Source: Octopus sinensis
Lineage: Eukaryota
Reading direction: 5' to 3'
NCBI RefSeq assembly: GCF_006345805.1
Contig: NC_042998.1
Location: 67,952,001 to 68,016,000 of the forward strand
DNA: 64,000 bases
In this document: positions 13,961 to 26,625 of the stretch, one piece after another
How the letters are laid out: every line of letters starts with the position of its first letter
Position numbering within the stretch: position 1 is the first letter of the stretch
Program-made: the position numbers and the translations under genes
The notes under the pieces: generated by a model
Databases searched by the model: none
What the model was told of the DNA's origin: nothing
Seen by the model: only the letters and a program-made list of their open reading frames with translations

Positions 13961-15098
13961 GCAGCTGTGACAAGCAGTGTTTAGTAGTGTATGTTGAAAG
14001 TGCGGTTACAGCCGTGTCCATCAATCAAGTATAAAGAGTTGATAGTTCAGCTAATAAGATGTATGATGATGAGAAGATAAAGTACAATAAATCTATGACA
14101 GGCATAACTGTCTCTACTACAAAAACGTCTCAAGACTGTGGAAGACACGCCCCTGCATACATACATACATACGTACATACATACATACATACGTACATAC
14201 ATACGTACATACATACATACATACATACAAACATACAAACACACACACACATATATATATTCATAATAGAATATAAGGATAAAAATCACGTTAATGATTT
14301 TTATCAGGTAGGCAGCATGCTCTAAAAGTTTATTGTCAATTTACACATTAAATTAATAATAATATTATATTATGTATTATATTAATGGAGCAAGGGCGAA
14401 AACGATCTATCTCGGCACTTCAACCATGCTGGAGATAGGTCGTTTTCGTCCTTGCTCCCTCAATATGATCATATAGATATGTATATCATTACTAATTTTA
14501 TATAAATGTGTGTGTGTGTATGTGTGTATGCGTGCGTGCGTGCCCGGGATGGGTATGTGGATGTGTTCACGCAGATCATTACTTGTAGAGCTTTTCTTCT
14601 CATAGCGATTGTTATCAATCATAATTTGGCCATGAGTATTTCCAATATTTTAGACATCGTTAGGTTCGCCATTTCCTTCAACCTTAACAAGACTCCAGTT
14701 ATAGCATATTTCCTCATAGAAATATTCCGTTTTGCTACAATTGGACAGAAACAGCGTAATTGGTTGTTTTTTAACAACTGTCACATATTCTGTCATACAT
14801 TTTATATTTATGACCAGAATCCTTTGATCTGATGTCAAGATCAGAATTTATTTCTTTACCTCTTCTTTCAGCTAGGGAATTTTCCTTTAACCGCTTTCAT
14901 ATATTTTCAGAATTCTTGATGTTTTGTCTTTGTTTTTTTCTCTCATGTTGCAAGATATTTTACATGCTAATGCCTAACAATAGTTTTGTTTTAGTTTAGT
15001 TTTTCGACATTTAAAGTAATATATATATATATATATATACTCTGGTACTTCTATCTGTATCTTCCTTTTACTATTCCATTTTTTCTCTCCCTCTCCCC

Positions 15099-15136
<38 letters not shown>

Positions 15137-15212
15137 ACGATGAAAAGTCTGACTGGAGAAATCAACCTAACAGCCAATCAAACTTTCTATCAATAACTAT
15201 TGTGGAAATGAA

Positions 15213-15850
15213 GGCGGCGAGCAGGCAGAAACGGGCGAAACGCGTAGCCGTATTTCGTCTGCCGCTACGTGCTGAGTTCAAATTCCACCGAGGTCGACTT
15301 TGCCTTTCATCCTTTCGGGGTCGATTAAATAAGTACCAGTTACGCACTGGGGTCGATGTAATTGACTGAATCCGTTTGTCTGTCCTTGTTTGTCCCCTCT
15401 GTGTTTAGCCCCTTTTGGACAATAAAGAAATAAGAAACGTTAGCACGCCGGGAGAAATGCTTAGCGGTAATTCATCTGTCGCTACATTCTGAGTTCAAAT
15501 TCCACCGAGGGCGACTTTGCCTTTCATCCTTTCGGGGTCGATAAATTAAGAACTATTTCCGCGCTGGGGTCGATGTAATCGACTTAATACCTTTGTCTGT
15601 CCTTGTTTGTCCCCTTTATGTTTAGCCTCTTGTGGGCAATAAAGTAATAAGAAACGCTAGCACGCCGGGCGAAATGCTTAGCGTTATTTCGTCTGTCTTT
15701 ACATTCTGAGTTCAAATTCTACCGAGGTCGACTTTGCCATTTATCCTTTCGGGGTCAATAAATTAAGTACCAGTTGCGTACTGGGGTCGATCTAATAGAC
15801 TAGGGCCCTCCCGAAAAATTTCAGACATTGCGTCTTGAGTAGAAAAGGAA
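15213..15850 (+). mobile_element. Tandem array of three SINE family C units (~220 bp)
   Basis: Repeating gagttcaaattccaccgaggtcgactttgcctttcatcctttcggggtcgat core at about 15275, 15490 and 15708. A diverged fourth unit follows, to about 16080. Confidence 0.88.
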
Positions 15851-16942
15851 AATTATTATGGAGATATTTTTAGGTAGCGACCAGGCGGAATCGTTAGTTT
15901 GTCGGATTAAATGCTTAGTGGTATTTCTTCAGACATTCTCAGTTCAAACCCTGCCAATGTGAACTTCACCTCTGAACTGTCAGGCTCAATAAACTATAGT
16001 AACAATCGAATACTGTATTAATGTAATCAACTTGGCCAACCGCTTGGAAAACTCTGACCTCGTAGCAAAATTAGAAAGATTATAGACAGATTTTTAGCAT
16101 ATAGTTAAATTTAAACTTTAATCTAAGTCTTCAGTGTTTCTTCTTAACTTTTTTAGATTATCCAGTACAGTGTCTGGTTCATTCATACTTAAAACTGCAC
16201 TTCTACCGCTTTCTTTCGTTTTTTTATCTAATACGATTTGTATTTTTCTTCTAATCAGTTTTCTCTATTCAAAATTATCTTCTGAATATTTTTTTTTTCA
16301 AAACGAATTTCTTGCTTATAACTTTACTGATTTTTTTCTTTATCGTGTGCAACAAACATTTTCAGGTCATTCGTATTGATGAAACATTTCACTTCCACTC
16401 CATATCATGTCTTTTTTTAGAATGTCGGTTAAAGATATCAGATCTTGTCTTGAATTATTTTCCTTCTGATAGGAGCTGACATCGTTTTTCAGTTCACTTC
16501 CATAGTTGCAGCAAACATGGCTACTTTGCAAAGAAGTTTGATTCGGAACTACGAGGTTTGGAGTTCAGTTTCATTGTGTGGCACCTTAAGCAAGAGTCTT
16601 CAAATGTCCTGGCCGACTAATGCCTTGCTAACGTAACTGGGGGACATTAAGGGTCGTATATTCACACACACACACATATATATATATTTATAAAATAAAA
16701 GTTTGAAAACGCCACTATATAAGATCAATTTTAATTTTCTTAGGAATTTTACATGTTTCGGTTCTTCTTGAAAAAACTAACCTTATCAAAAATATTTTTA
16801 AAAGTTAAGTGTAATAAAAAAGTTCATAATTGTTTTTTACTGGTCTCAACAGATCCACGTGGTGGTATTTTGTGGGGAGTAAGCATAATAGCTGTCTTAT
16901 GTGTTCGAATAAAATTACGAAAAATTAAGGAAAATTGGGTAC

Positions 16943-16975
<33 letters not shown>

Positions 16976-19149
16976 ATATATATACACGTATATAGAAGTA
17001 TGTGTATATACGTATAAAATGCCTTTATTTACACATTTATGTGTGTATATTTTGGATGTGTACACGTGATTGTTGATTTTTACACATTCTACACATGTTT
17101 TAAATGCATAATTTGAGGGATTTTACGTATTTTGCACATATATTTTTTACATGTTTATTACATGTATATTACATATTCTTACAACGTCGAATTTGTAAGG
17201 TTTTAGGGTTGTTGAATATGGTTGGTAATATCCTGGGTATGTACAATGCTTGTGTATTTTTATATTGAGGGAACCCCACATGAGTGCATGTGGCTTCTTT
17301 GCATGAAATTCATGTGATGCATATATTTAATGTTCTTGTTCAGAGAAAAGAACCCATCAGGCTGGATCGACGGAGTAGATGGTGGGTCTTCTTTTGAAAT
17401 ATTGGAGTGTAGAATATTGCTTATGCATGCAGGGAGAGGTTTCATCCCTAATATTTAAGGTATTAGCTTTTGATTGGCTTATGTTTATCAATTCAGTATA
17501 CACGTGCGCGCGCACACACACACAGAGTTCGTCAGACAAAATGCTTTATAGCATTTCATTCTTTATGTTCCAACGTCCTGAATTCAAATCCTCCCCTCCT
17601 TTCAAGTTTGACAAAATAACCTGACAGTCAACTACTTGACCCTCCCCTTAGAAATTATTTGCCTAGTTCTAAAATGAGAACGAATTTATAGAGATATTTC
17701 AAGCTTAAATTTAAGCATTAATTTGATGCCTTTAGTATGATTTTTTCCTAAGATTACTTTTCACAGTGGTTAATTCATTGGACTTTTAGCTAACTCGGTT
17801 TGCATATTTTTATTACTTTACACTCTTCATTTTTTTTTCTCAAAACAAATGCCTTCTTGATATCTTTACAGTGTCTTCTTTATCTTCTGAGACAAACATT
17901 TTCAGGACATTCCTGTGGTTGTTTACTAAATCATATCTCTTGTAGGCTATATAAAGTCTTATTTAGAATGGTGGTTAATGATATCAGACCTAGACAAAAA
18001 AAAGTATACCTCTTGAGATATTTTCTTCTGAGAGGGACCAATTTCGTTTTGCAATTTAAATCCACAGTTCGTCCGTTATATCTACTCAATATTGTTAAGA
18101 ATAATGTGTTTTTCCGTCGTAGAATTATGCATCGCTAATAACCGATTTTTGTGCACACGTGGAATAATTTTTTCTATACTTCTGGGAGAATATTGGGATT
18201 ATTTTTCAAGTGAGTACTTATTCTTTCAGGTACAACGTATAATAAGGTTGGATACACTCTAAACAACCATGTTATATTTTCTATATTTTAACGTTTCAAA
18301 CTCCTTTTATCATTCGCATTCGTATACTTTTTACTCGATAAACTATTCAGATTTTGTTTGTGGTTCTTTCAGGATATTCTTGAACGTATTTCAAAATACT
18401 TTATGTTCGAATTCACCGATAATCTTTTGGATTCTTATTTCTTCCAATAAGCGCTATTGTTCTTATGTTCACCTTTCATTATTCCCATATTCAGCCTCTA
18501 ACCTCTTAAATGATCCTTCATAATGATGGAGGAATGGTATGTTTGGATTTTATCGATTTCCAACAAAAATTGTTTTGTGTTTGTTCAAGATATTATTGAC
18601 AATTTACATAACGTCGTTTTCTTTGTCAAACAACGAAGATTTGTTTATCGGCTGCTCTTTGATTTTGGCTAATTCTATTTTCTTTCCCTAATTGAAATTT
18701 CTTTACTATTGTTATTTCCTTATTTTCCCTTGTTTTATATTGGTGAGTTGATGTTATGGATCTTATTAAGAACAGGAAATACTTGCATGTTATATTATAC
18801 AATGTTTTATTTATCTGTTGTTAGAGATTTGATATCTCTACACGAGTTGTTTTCATATAATAGCTACTTTACTTTGTCAATGTTAAGTTTGATGCAGTAT
18901 TCAGATGATTTCTTAGAGCGATCTTACTTATTTTTCTTTATATCTTCTCCTTGGAAAAGTTTTCTCTTTTTATGCGTGTCTATAAAGATTTTTTTGTTTA
19001 CATCTTTCCGACATACAATTGCAAAAAAAATTTCGTCGACTTGTCCTGGATCAAGTTTCTTTTTATCAATATTCCCTCTAAGCATATTGGAGCTTATTTT
19101 TTATTACTCGCTTATCTCAAATGTTAGTGCTTTGATTTAACCTTTTATA

Positions 19150-19193
<44 letters not shown>

Positions 19194-19666
19194 CAGTCTG
19201 ACACAGGGATATACAACCTTTTACAAAAGGTAGGCCACAGCGTTTATAGGATAAACTTCATAAACCAACAAATCGGAATTTACGGATTCATTTAGCCGCA
19301 TTTTACCACATTGTTCTACATAAAACATAAATTAATAAAAGATTTCAGAAGGATATACCTATTCTCAGTGAGGAGGTAATTAAGTAAATAAAATGAAGAC
19401 GTTTAGATAATAAACCAATGATAAAATAGCTCTACTATAAAATTAATTATATATTTATTATATATTTATTGCTATATTACAGTGCTAGCGACATATTCCT
19501 GTGGTTTCATCAATCTGTCACGTGAATGTGATGCGCTGGGGAAAGGGGCTGGTAAGAGTATGTGTGATAGAAAGAGACAAATACGAAGAGATACGCAATC
19601 CAGCACTATTGGCACATAGAGAGCTCACACATATGACTGTCTATCTATCTATCTATCTATCTATCT

Positions 19667-19889
19667 ACTGGCAGAAACATTAGCGCGCCGGGCGAAATGC
19701 TTAGCGGGATTTCGTCTGCCGCTACGTTCTGAGTTCAAATTCCGCCGAGGTCGACTTTACCTTTCATCCTTTCAGGGTCGATAAATTAAGTACCAGTTAC
19801 GCACTGGGGTCGATGTGATCGACTTAACCCCTTTGTATGTCCTTGTTTGTCCCCTCTATGTTTAGTCCCTTGTGGGTAGTAAAGAAACA

Positions 19890-19890
<1 letters not shown>
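19667..19890 (+). mobile_element. SINE family C
   Basis: Same core and body as the 15213 array. Confidence 0.85.
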
Positions 19891-19977
<87 letters not shown>

Positions 19978-20412
19978 AGTCAGTCTGTCTGTCTAACTGT
20001 CTCACTGTCAATCTACGTATCTATATCTTCTGTTTTATTAAACTGCTACGGGGACGATAACAGTGTGCATTCGATAGGGAGGGATATAGAGGACGATTCA
20101 AACGAGCGCTGCTGACCCATATTCAATCTAGGTACTTTTCTACTACCTTCTGTAATATTAAAGTGTTAAATGGATGATAAAATTGCGTATGCGAGAGACA
20201 GAGGGAGGGAGAGAGAGAAAGAGAGAGAGAGTGATTGAAATGAACGCTAATGATACATACCTACACTCACACGCATACGAACACTCATGGTGTGCCCACA
20301 TACACACACACACAGGCGATAATTAGGTGTGTGTGTGTGTGAGTATGTGTATATGTCCACACGCCAGTCATATTGATCTTAAGCTAGACTATCACGCGTC
20401 CATTTCTAAGTA

Positions 20413-20457
<45 letters not shown>

Positions 20458-21113
20458 TATATATATAAACTCACAATTAACGAAAGTCAGGAATCGTGGT
20501 GTTCAGTTACTCAATAAATGAAAAAGCAATAAATACTACTAAACGTACACGTAGGACAGACACAGAAATACCCTAATTCTTCATCAGTTATCGACTAAAT
20601 ATGCTAATACTTAGTTTCGTGCCTTTAAAGATAAGCCCGAGAAATTCGTATATCGGCGGCACATGCAAGATTTGCGGAGACTTAGGGATCGAGCAAACAA
20701 GACAATACAGTGTGGACGTACGAAAGCAAGCAAACGTAATTTGAAACGATAGACGACACAATACATACAGCCTTTCGACCAAACACGTGATTGGTTGGTA
20801 GCGCCTAGAAGGAATCCTCAATGAATATAGAAAAAGAGAAATAGTAAGGGAGGAGAAAATGTTGATCGGCAGACTAAGCATCTGGTGGCGAAAACACAGA
20901 GATGAGAAAATTAGTCACGGGTCACGTGTAGACAGTAGATTGAAGGGAACGAGGATGAAAGAGAGGGAGAAACAGAAAGGACATGGAAGGAAAGGGAAAG
21001 TCTACAATTAAGAGTGAGAAGACAAGAGAAAAAGTAGGCATGCTACAATATGTATATAAGTATGTGTGTGTATATACATATATATATAATTATAATTATT
21101 ATTATTATTATTA

Positions 21114-21162
<49 letters not shown>

Positions 21163-21185
21163 TAAGTCACAATACATGTATTAAA

Positions 21186-21238
21186 GCGCTACTAATAGCT
21201 TCAGATGTTGAGAGGTCTTAAACATATTCTTCAGGCGC
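21186..21238 (-). ncRNA. Degenerate hammerhead ribozyme in Penelope pLTR (element-sense copy)
   Basis: gcgc CUGAAGA auauguu...aacaucu GAAGC uauua GUA gcgc. The GAAA core is mutated to GAAG. Confidence 0.65.
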
Positions 21239-22176
21239 AAACCACATATCATAATGAACTAAAAAAAAACTGAATAAATAGAAGAAACTAGATGAAGCTC
21301 AGAAACAGCATATAGAAAACGCAGACAGTAAACAACGGAAAACGAAAAACAGTGTCAAAATGATAAGGCTGGGAAGATATCAAGTCAGTCAGGGAAAGGC
21401 GGAATTTTCCAATTCTTCAGAATATATTTATACATATGCATGCTACCACTGAAACTTCCTGACCTGGAGTTCAATAGAGAGTTAGGGATCTTAGATCTGA
21501 ACTGGTTCTGCGCTCTATCAGGCAAACAAAGTCTACATTTGTTCGATCCATTCACTTAAGGTATGGATTTCTCAATTATTTTCCGTTTAATCACATGCTG
21601 TGTTTCGTTATCTTTTAAAGTCCATAAGTGGTTAGCCAACTTAGTAGCTTTACTCTTGTCGGAAGGAGGATATGTGATTGTCATAGCGATTTTAAAATTC
21701 ACCTTTACATCCGATATAGGTCTTCTTATCAGTTGTATTATTATTTTGGGTTGCAGTAACTTCTACCTCATATATGATAGATTTAATTTTACATCGTTGG
21801 TCAAGTGGACAAGATCCTGGATCGTAACAGTTGCAGCTGGATTCAAGTTCTTGGTGTTGAGTACGTGTAATGATAACCATTATATGTGGGCAGCTGAATC
21901 CAGGATCCTATCCACTTGACCAACGATGTAAGATTAAATCTATCACGTGAGGCAGAAGTTACTGCAACTATAACTTGATATCTTTCTGACTTGATATCTT
22001 CCCAGCCTTATGATTTAAGGAGGACAGCACTTTTTACCTTTGACACTTTAGTTTCGTTTTCCGTTTTTCGTTTTCCGTTGTTTACTATCTGCGTTTTCTA
22101 TATGCTACTTTCTGACCATCATCTCGTTTCTTCTATTTATTTAATTTTTTTTAAAGTTCGTTATGATATGTGGTTT

Positions 22177-22229
22177 GCGCCTGAAGAAAATGTTTGAGTT
22201 CTCACAGCATATGAAACTATTATTAGCGC
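22177..22229 (+). ncRNA. Degenerate hammerhead ribozyme in the inverted pLTR copy
   Basis: gcgc CUGAAGA aaauguu...agcauau GAAAC uauua UUA gcgc. The core is intact, but G16.2>U breaks the C-G pair of helix III. Confidence 0.65.
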
Positions 22230-22369
22230 TTTAATACATGTATTGTGACCCTTAAATAAATAATATTTATCTCTCACCAGATGTAGTACTTTTCTTGTTG
22301 AATTTTACTATCACATATCAGTATATTGTATACACACACATACACACACACAGACACACACGCACACAC

Positions 22370-22407
<38 letters not shown>

Positions 22408-22810
22408 GTTAAAAAGCTTGCTTCCCAAGTATATGGTTCCGGATTCAGTCCCACTGCGCGGCACTTCGGGCATCTGTCTTCTACTGTAGCCACGGGCCGA
22501 CCAAGTCCTTCTGAGTGGATTTGGTAGACGGAAACTGAAAGAAGCCCGTCGTCGATATGTTTGTATATATATGTGTGTCTGTTTATGTGTGTGTATTTAT
22601 TATTTCTGTGTGTGTTTGTTCCAACACCATTGCTTGACGACCGGTGTTGGTGTGTTTACATCCCCGTCACTTAGCGGTTCAGCAAAAAGTGACCGACAGA
22701 ATAAGTACTAGTTTACAAAGAATAAGTCCTGGGGTCGATTTGTTCGACTAAAGGCAGTGTTCCAGCATGGCCGCAGTCAAATCACTGAAACAAGTAAAAG
22801 AATAAAAGAA
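22408..22810 (+). mobile_element. SINE family A
   Basis: Shares head, central microsatellite and (gtaaaaga) tail with the other family A copies. Confidence 0.85.
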
Positions 22811-22814
22811 TATA

Positions 22815-22883
<69 letters not shown>

Positions 22884-23298
22884 AATTTACCAAAAAAAAG
22901 ACAAAGACGGGTGTGTAAACAACAAACAGATGTATTAGTTTAACGCTCGGGAAGTGAAAAAGTCTTTAACGTTTCAAGCCTACGCTCTTTAACAGAAAGG
23001 AACACAGAACTAAACAGAGAGAGAAAAAAACAAAAGGTTTAGGGGCCAGTGATTAATCATGCCGGACAGAGGTGGTCAGACATTATATATATACACACAC
23101 ATACATACACACACAATCAGATAATCTATGAATCAAACCAGTCTCTGCAACCAGGTTGAGAAGGTAGGGAAAGACCGTGCACAGTAATTCCTCTTTCTTG
23201 GACCAATAAAGAAAAATACAAACAAATGACAAAGAGCAGTGATTAAGATGAAGATTTAAATAAGTAATTTTTGCAATAATCTTTCTTTTCTGTTTCAG

Positions 23299-23432
23299 GC
23301 ATGAGATGCTGACCATTATAGAACAGGCGCATTTACTTGGGATGACCAGTAGTAAATACATGTGGATAATCTCCCACAAGTCCCTTGGCAAACAAACACA
23401 GACCGAAGGGTCTCTTCCAGCCGGTATTTTAG
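23299..23432 (+). CDS. Nmdar2: Internal coding exon of an NMDA-type glutamate receptor subunit (GluN2/Nmdar2-like), amino-terminal domain
   Basis: Pyrimidine tract + AG acceptor (ctttcttttctgtttcag, AG 23297-98) and gtaagt donor (23433). 134 nt, phase 2 in, phase 1 out. Translation (R)HEMLTIIEQAHLLGMTSSKYMWIISHKSLGKQTQTEGSLPAGIL(G) parallels, from memory, insect Nmdar2 'EAITILRAAEEMKLTGENYVWVV...QFPVGMLG'. Subunit identity (GluN2 vs GluN3 or other iGluR) needs a phylogenetic check. Confidence 0.85.
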
Positions 23433-24153
23433 GTAAGTCTTCAAATATTTTAAGTAAATTTCCAATTCTATGTTTATTTAAGAAAAGTGAAGCACATCAA
23501 TGGTGCTGTCTGTCATATTTCACTAGAATCTAATTTTATATACGGATTTAATTTTATTGCAAACAAGACTATAAAGCTGACGAAATTTCACGTCCAATTC
23601 TTCCAGTGGGCAAGTTGTATCTTCAAAGTTACTTTGAAGATTTGCAGATCGTTAGATTTTTCAGAGTGTCTGACGAAGACAACGATTGGCGAAGTTTCCA
23701 AATCAGTGTATATTTAACGAAATGCAATAAAGTAAAATTATTTGAAATTACCATACATAAGTCTTACACGATGCTAGGTGAGAACTTGTTGCTGCCGTTT
23801 TCTTAGAGTTAACTGAAATCTCCCCTTTACAAAGATGTATCCGTTGTTATATGGATAACATCCAAAAATCGAGAACGTAAACACTGCAGCCCTCCAGATA
23901 CATAAAAAATAGTGTTATATAATATATAATATATATATAAAATAATATATAATATGTCAAATATTTATGCATCTTTTACGAATAAGCATGTGCGTGGATT
24001 TCGGGAGGCAATTTACAGAAATCAACTCTTTGTGTGGGCGTGGGTGTACGCGTGAATGTGTGTATGTGTGTGCGTGTGTTTTGCATGCATACCGGCTATG
24101 TACATTATTGAAATCAAATGCCAGTGGTTTACAAATGCAGACTCTTTGACTTT

Positions 24154-24187
<34 letters not shown>

Positions 24188-25719
24188 ATTTAAACAGGTT
24201 TTAGGGAAGCCACGTGGGGAAATTAAGTGACCATCTATATCGAAACCGGTATGGATTTTTTTTAATAATTAGTTTTATACATCTTAATATAACTTCAACT
24301 CATTTGTTTGTATATATATTTGTTTTAAAAAAGCCATTATGGTCATAGTTAGTGTGCATTTTCTTTGTTTCTTTTTAAGTTTCACTATATATATAAGGGA
24401 TAAATTATCCAGGTGGTACTGTAATAGCTCTTAGGTATTCTCCAGATTTCAGCAAACTGCATCAAGTAGTAATAAATATTAATCATCCCTTAGTATATAC
24501 AATCTCGCCACAATTTTTCTTATGGGTATATCCGGGTTCGCTTCTCTGGATTATGAATATTACAGGACAGTAAGTTTCATGCAATTATAAAGAATACAGA
24601 GTCCGGTACATCCGCAAACGTTCCTTTAAATTTTACAGTTGGTCATACAACATAATTAGTTGTTTTAAATATCCGACACGGGTTTTTATTGCATCGAATA
24701 TGTACAGTTACACATACACCTACCATAATTTACCGTGTACCCTCTTTCAGGGTTACTCTACAAGCGTGGTTCGAACTATAATCTGCAAACTTTTCATCAC
24801 CAAAATGAATGAGCATAGGAATTATTTCTGAATTGCTCTAAAACATTGATTTTTCCATTATTGGATTTATGATCAGATTGATGTACAAATATAATAATAA
24901 TTAATATTATAATTGTGTTTGTTTTTACATTAAGATTGAAAAAATCGACCTTGTTTATAAAAGAATTTGGACCTTGGGTTTAGAAACTTCCAGAGGTACC
25001 AAATAATATATTTTTAAAGCTATAAATAATATCGCATAGTATTTTACGTTAAAAAAATGTCCTCGATGGGATAATACTCGAAGGCGAGTTTTTTTTTAAC
25101 CCAATATCCTACACGCTATTATTTATAACTTATCTCTTGAAGTTTGTAGATTCTTTATGATTTAAACATGGAAAGAGTTTTCTACAAAAATACCCAAGCA
25201 ATTCTTCTGATCAATTCTTACAAAACAAAAAGAAAAAACCCATAGTTTTAATGTGACATCAGTGTTGGCTCTGTTTTTTTAACAAGATCCATTTCTATGC
25301 TCACAACTTCGACGTACGTCGACATAAAATATTGGTGAATATTAACAATGTCTAACCTCAGTACGGTCCATAATAATGAATAATAAATAGCAATAAATAA
25401 AATATTAATATTGCTAAAGATTCTCTCATATAAAACATCTCGGAAATTGGTTTGGCTTGTAAAATATAAAGGGAAAAATAATAGAGATATACAAAATATA
25501 TTAAGAAATGTGGCAGAAGAACTAATAATTGCATTCCTAACTAAAGCAATTTTGGAAATATACATGCACATACATATACACATATATATACACGCATACG
25601 ATGTTGTTCACAATATGCATGTATCCTATATGCATGCAGGCACACACGTATGCATCGTCAATCATGAACACGCAATGCACGTATCTTTTCATACTTTTCT
25701 GTACCTCTCTTTCTATATC

Positions 25720-25747
25720 TCTCTATCTATCTATCGATCTATCTATG

Positions 25748-25823
<76 letters not shown>

Positions 25824-25890
25824 TACATACATAGGTAGGTAGATATACATTCAGATGGATAGACAGACACACACAGAGATGCGCCGGTAG

Positions 25891-25929
<39 letters not shown>

Positions 25930-25958
25930 GAGAGAGGGAGAGAAAGAACGACAGATGT

Positions 25959-26040
<82 letters not shown>

Positions 26041-26294
26041 TGATAGATAAATAGATATTTGTCCGAAGCTTTTGTTTGGAATAGCCAAACACGCACTTCA
26101 CTTGAAAGCACACAGATACATGCACACACATATATATGAATATATGTATTTATATGTGTGTGTGTGTATGTACGTATGTATGTATATATATGAGTGTATA
26201 ATTATATATATGTACATATGTATGTATGTGTCTTTGTGTGTGAGCAAGGTTCTTTTCCCTGTATGTATGCGCCTATATGCAAATATGTATGCTC

Positions 26295-26363
<69 letters not shown>

Positions 26364-26625
26364 ATATTTGTGTACGTGTGCGTGAGAGAAGGTGAGAGAG
26401 AAAGAGAGTAAGAGCATGTATTATTAAAGACATCAAAACAAATATCCGGATACATGAGAGTCTGAGTCTGTGCGAAGAAAAATAAATAGACAGACAAACA
26501 GACAGACAGGTAGGTAGGTAGGTAGGTAGGTAGGTAGGTAGGTAGGTAGTATGTATGTATGTATGTATGTATGTAGGTAGGTAGGTAGGTAGGTAGGTAG
26601 GTAGGTAGGTAGGTAGGTAGGTAAG
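25720..26625. repeat. Compound microsatellites (TA)n, (GATA)n, (GGTA)n
   Basis: Direct inspection. Confidence 0.95.

Larger units (their letters stand above)
21160..22260 (-). mobile_element. 5'-truncated Penelope-like retroelement: GIY-YIG fragment with pLTR and an inverted pLTR copy
   Basis: Minus translation CNCYDPGSCPLDQRCKIKSIIYEVEV...YIGCKGEF, then NHISSFR, LANHLWTLK, CRLCL, LLNSR. Arms at about 21160-21388 and 21986-22260 are reverse complements. The sense 3' end abuts (TAA)n. Confidence 0.9.

Noticed and set aside
14297-14314. AG|GT ratchet-like site (tttttatcag|gtaggc); similar at 18221-18236
   Set aside because: Such motifs are expected by chance in AT-rich DNA. No expression or conservation evidence.
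19485-19535. Minus-strand stem-GAAAC...GUC half-hammerhead
   Set aside because: No CUGANGA, and helix III does not extend.
1-23298. Search for the upstream receptor exon (should end in phase 2)
   Set aside because: No gtaag/gtgag donor I inspected was preceded by receptor-like coding sequence. The exon probably lies outside the window, but a manual scan could miss it.
23665-23700. CUGACGAA-gac...ggc-GAAG hammerhead-like string
   Set aside because: GAAA is mutated, helix II is mismatched and there is no helix I complement. At most a heavily decayed pLTR.
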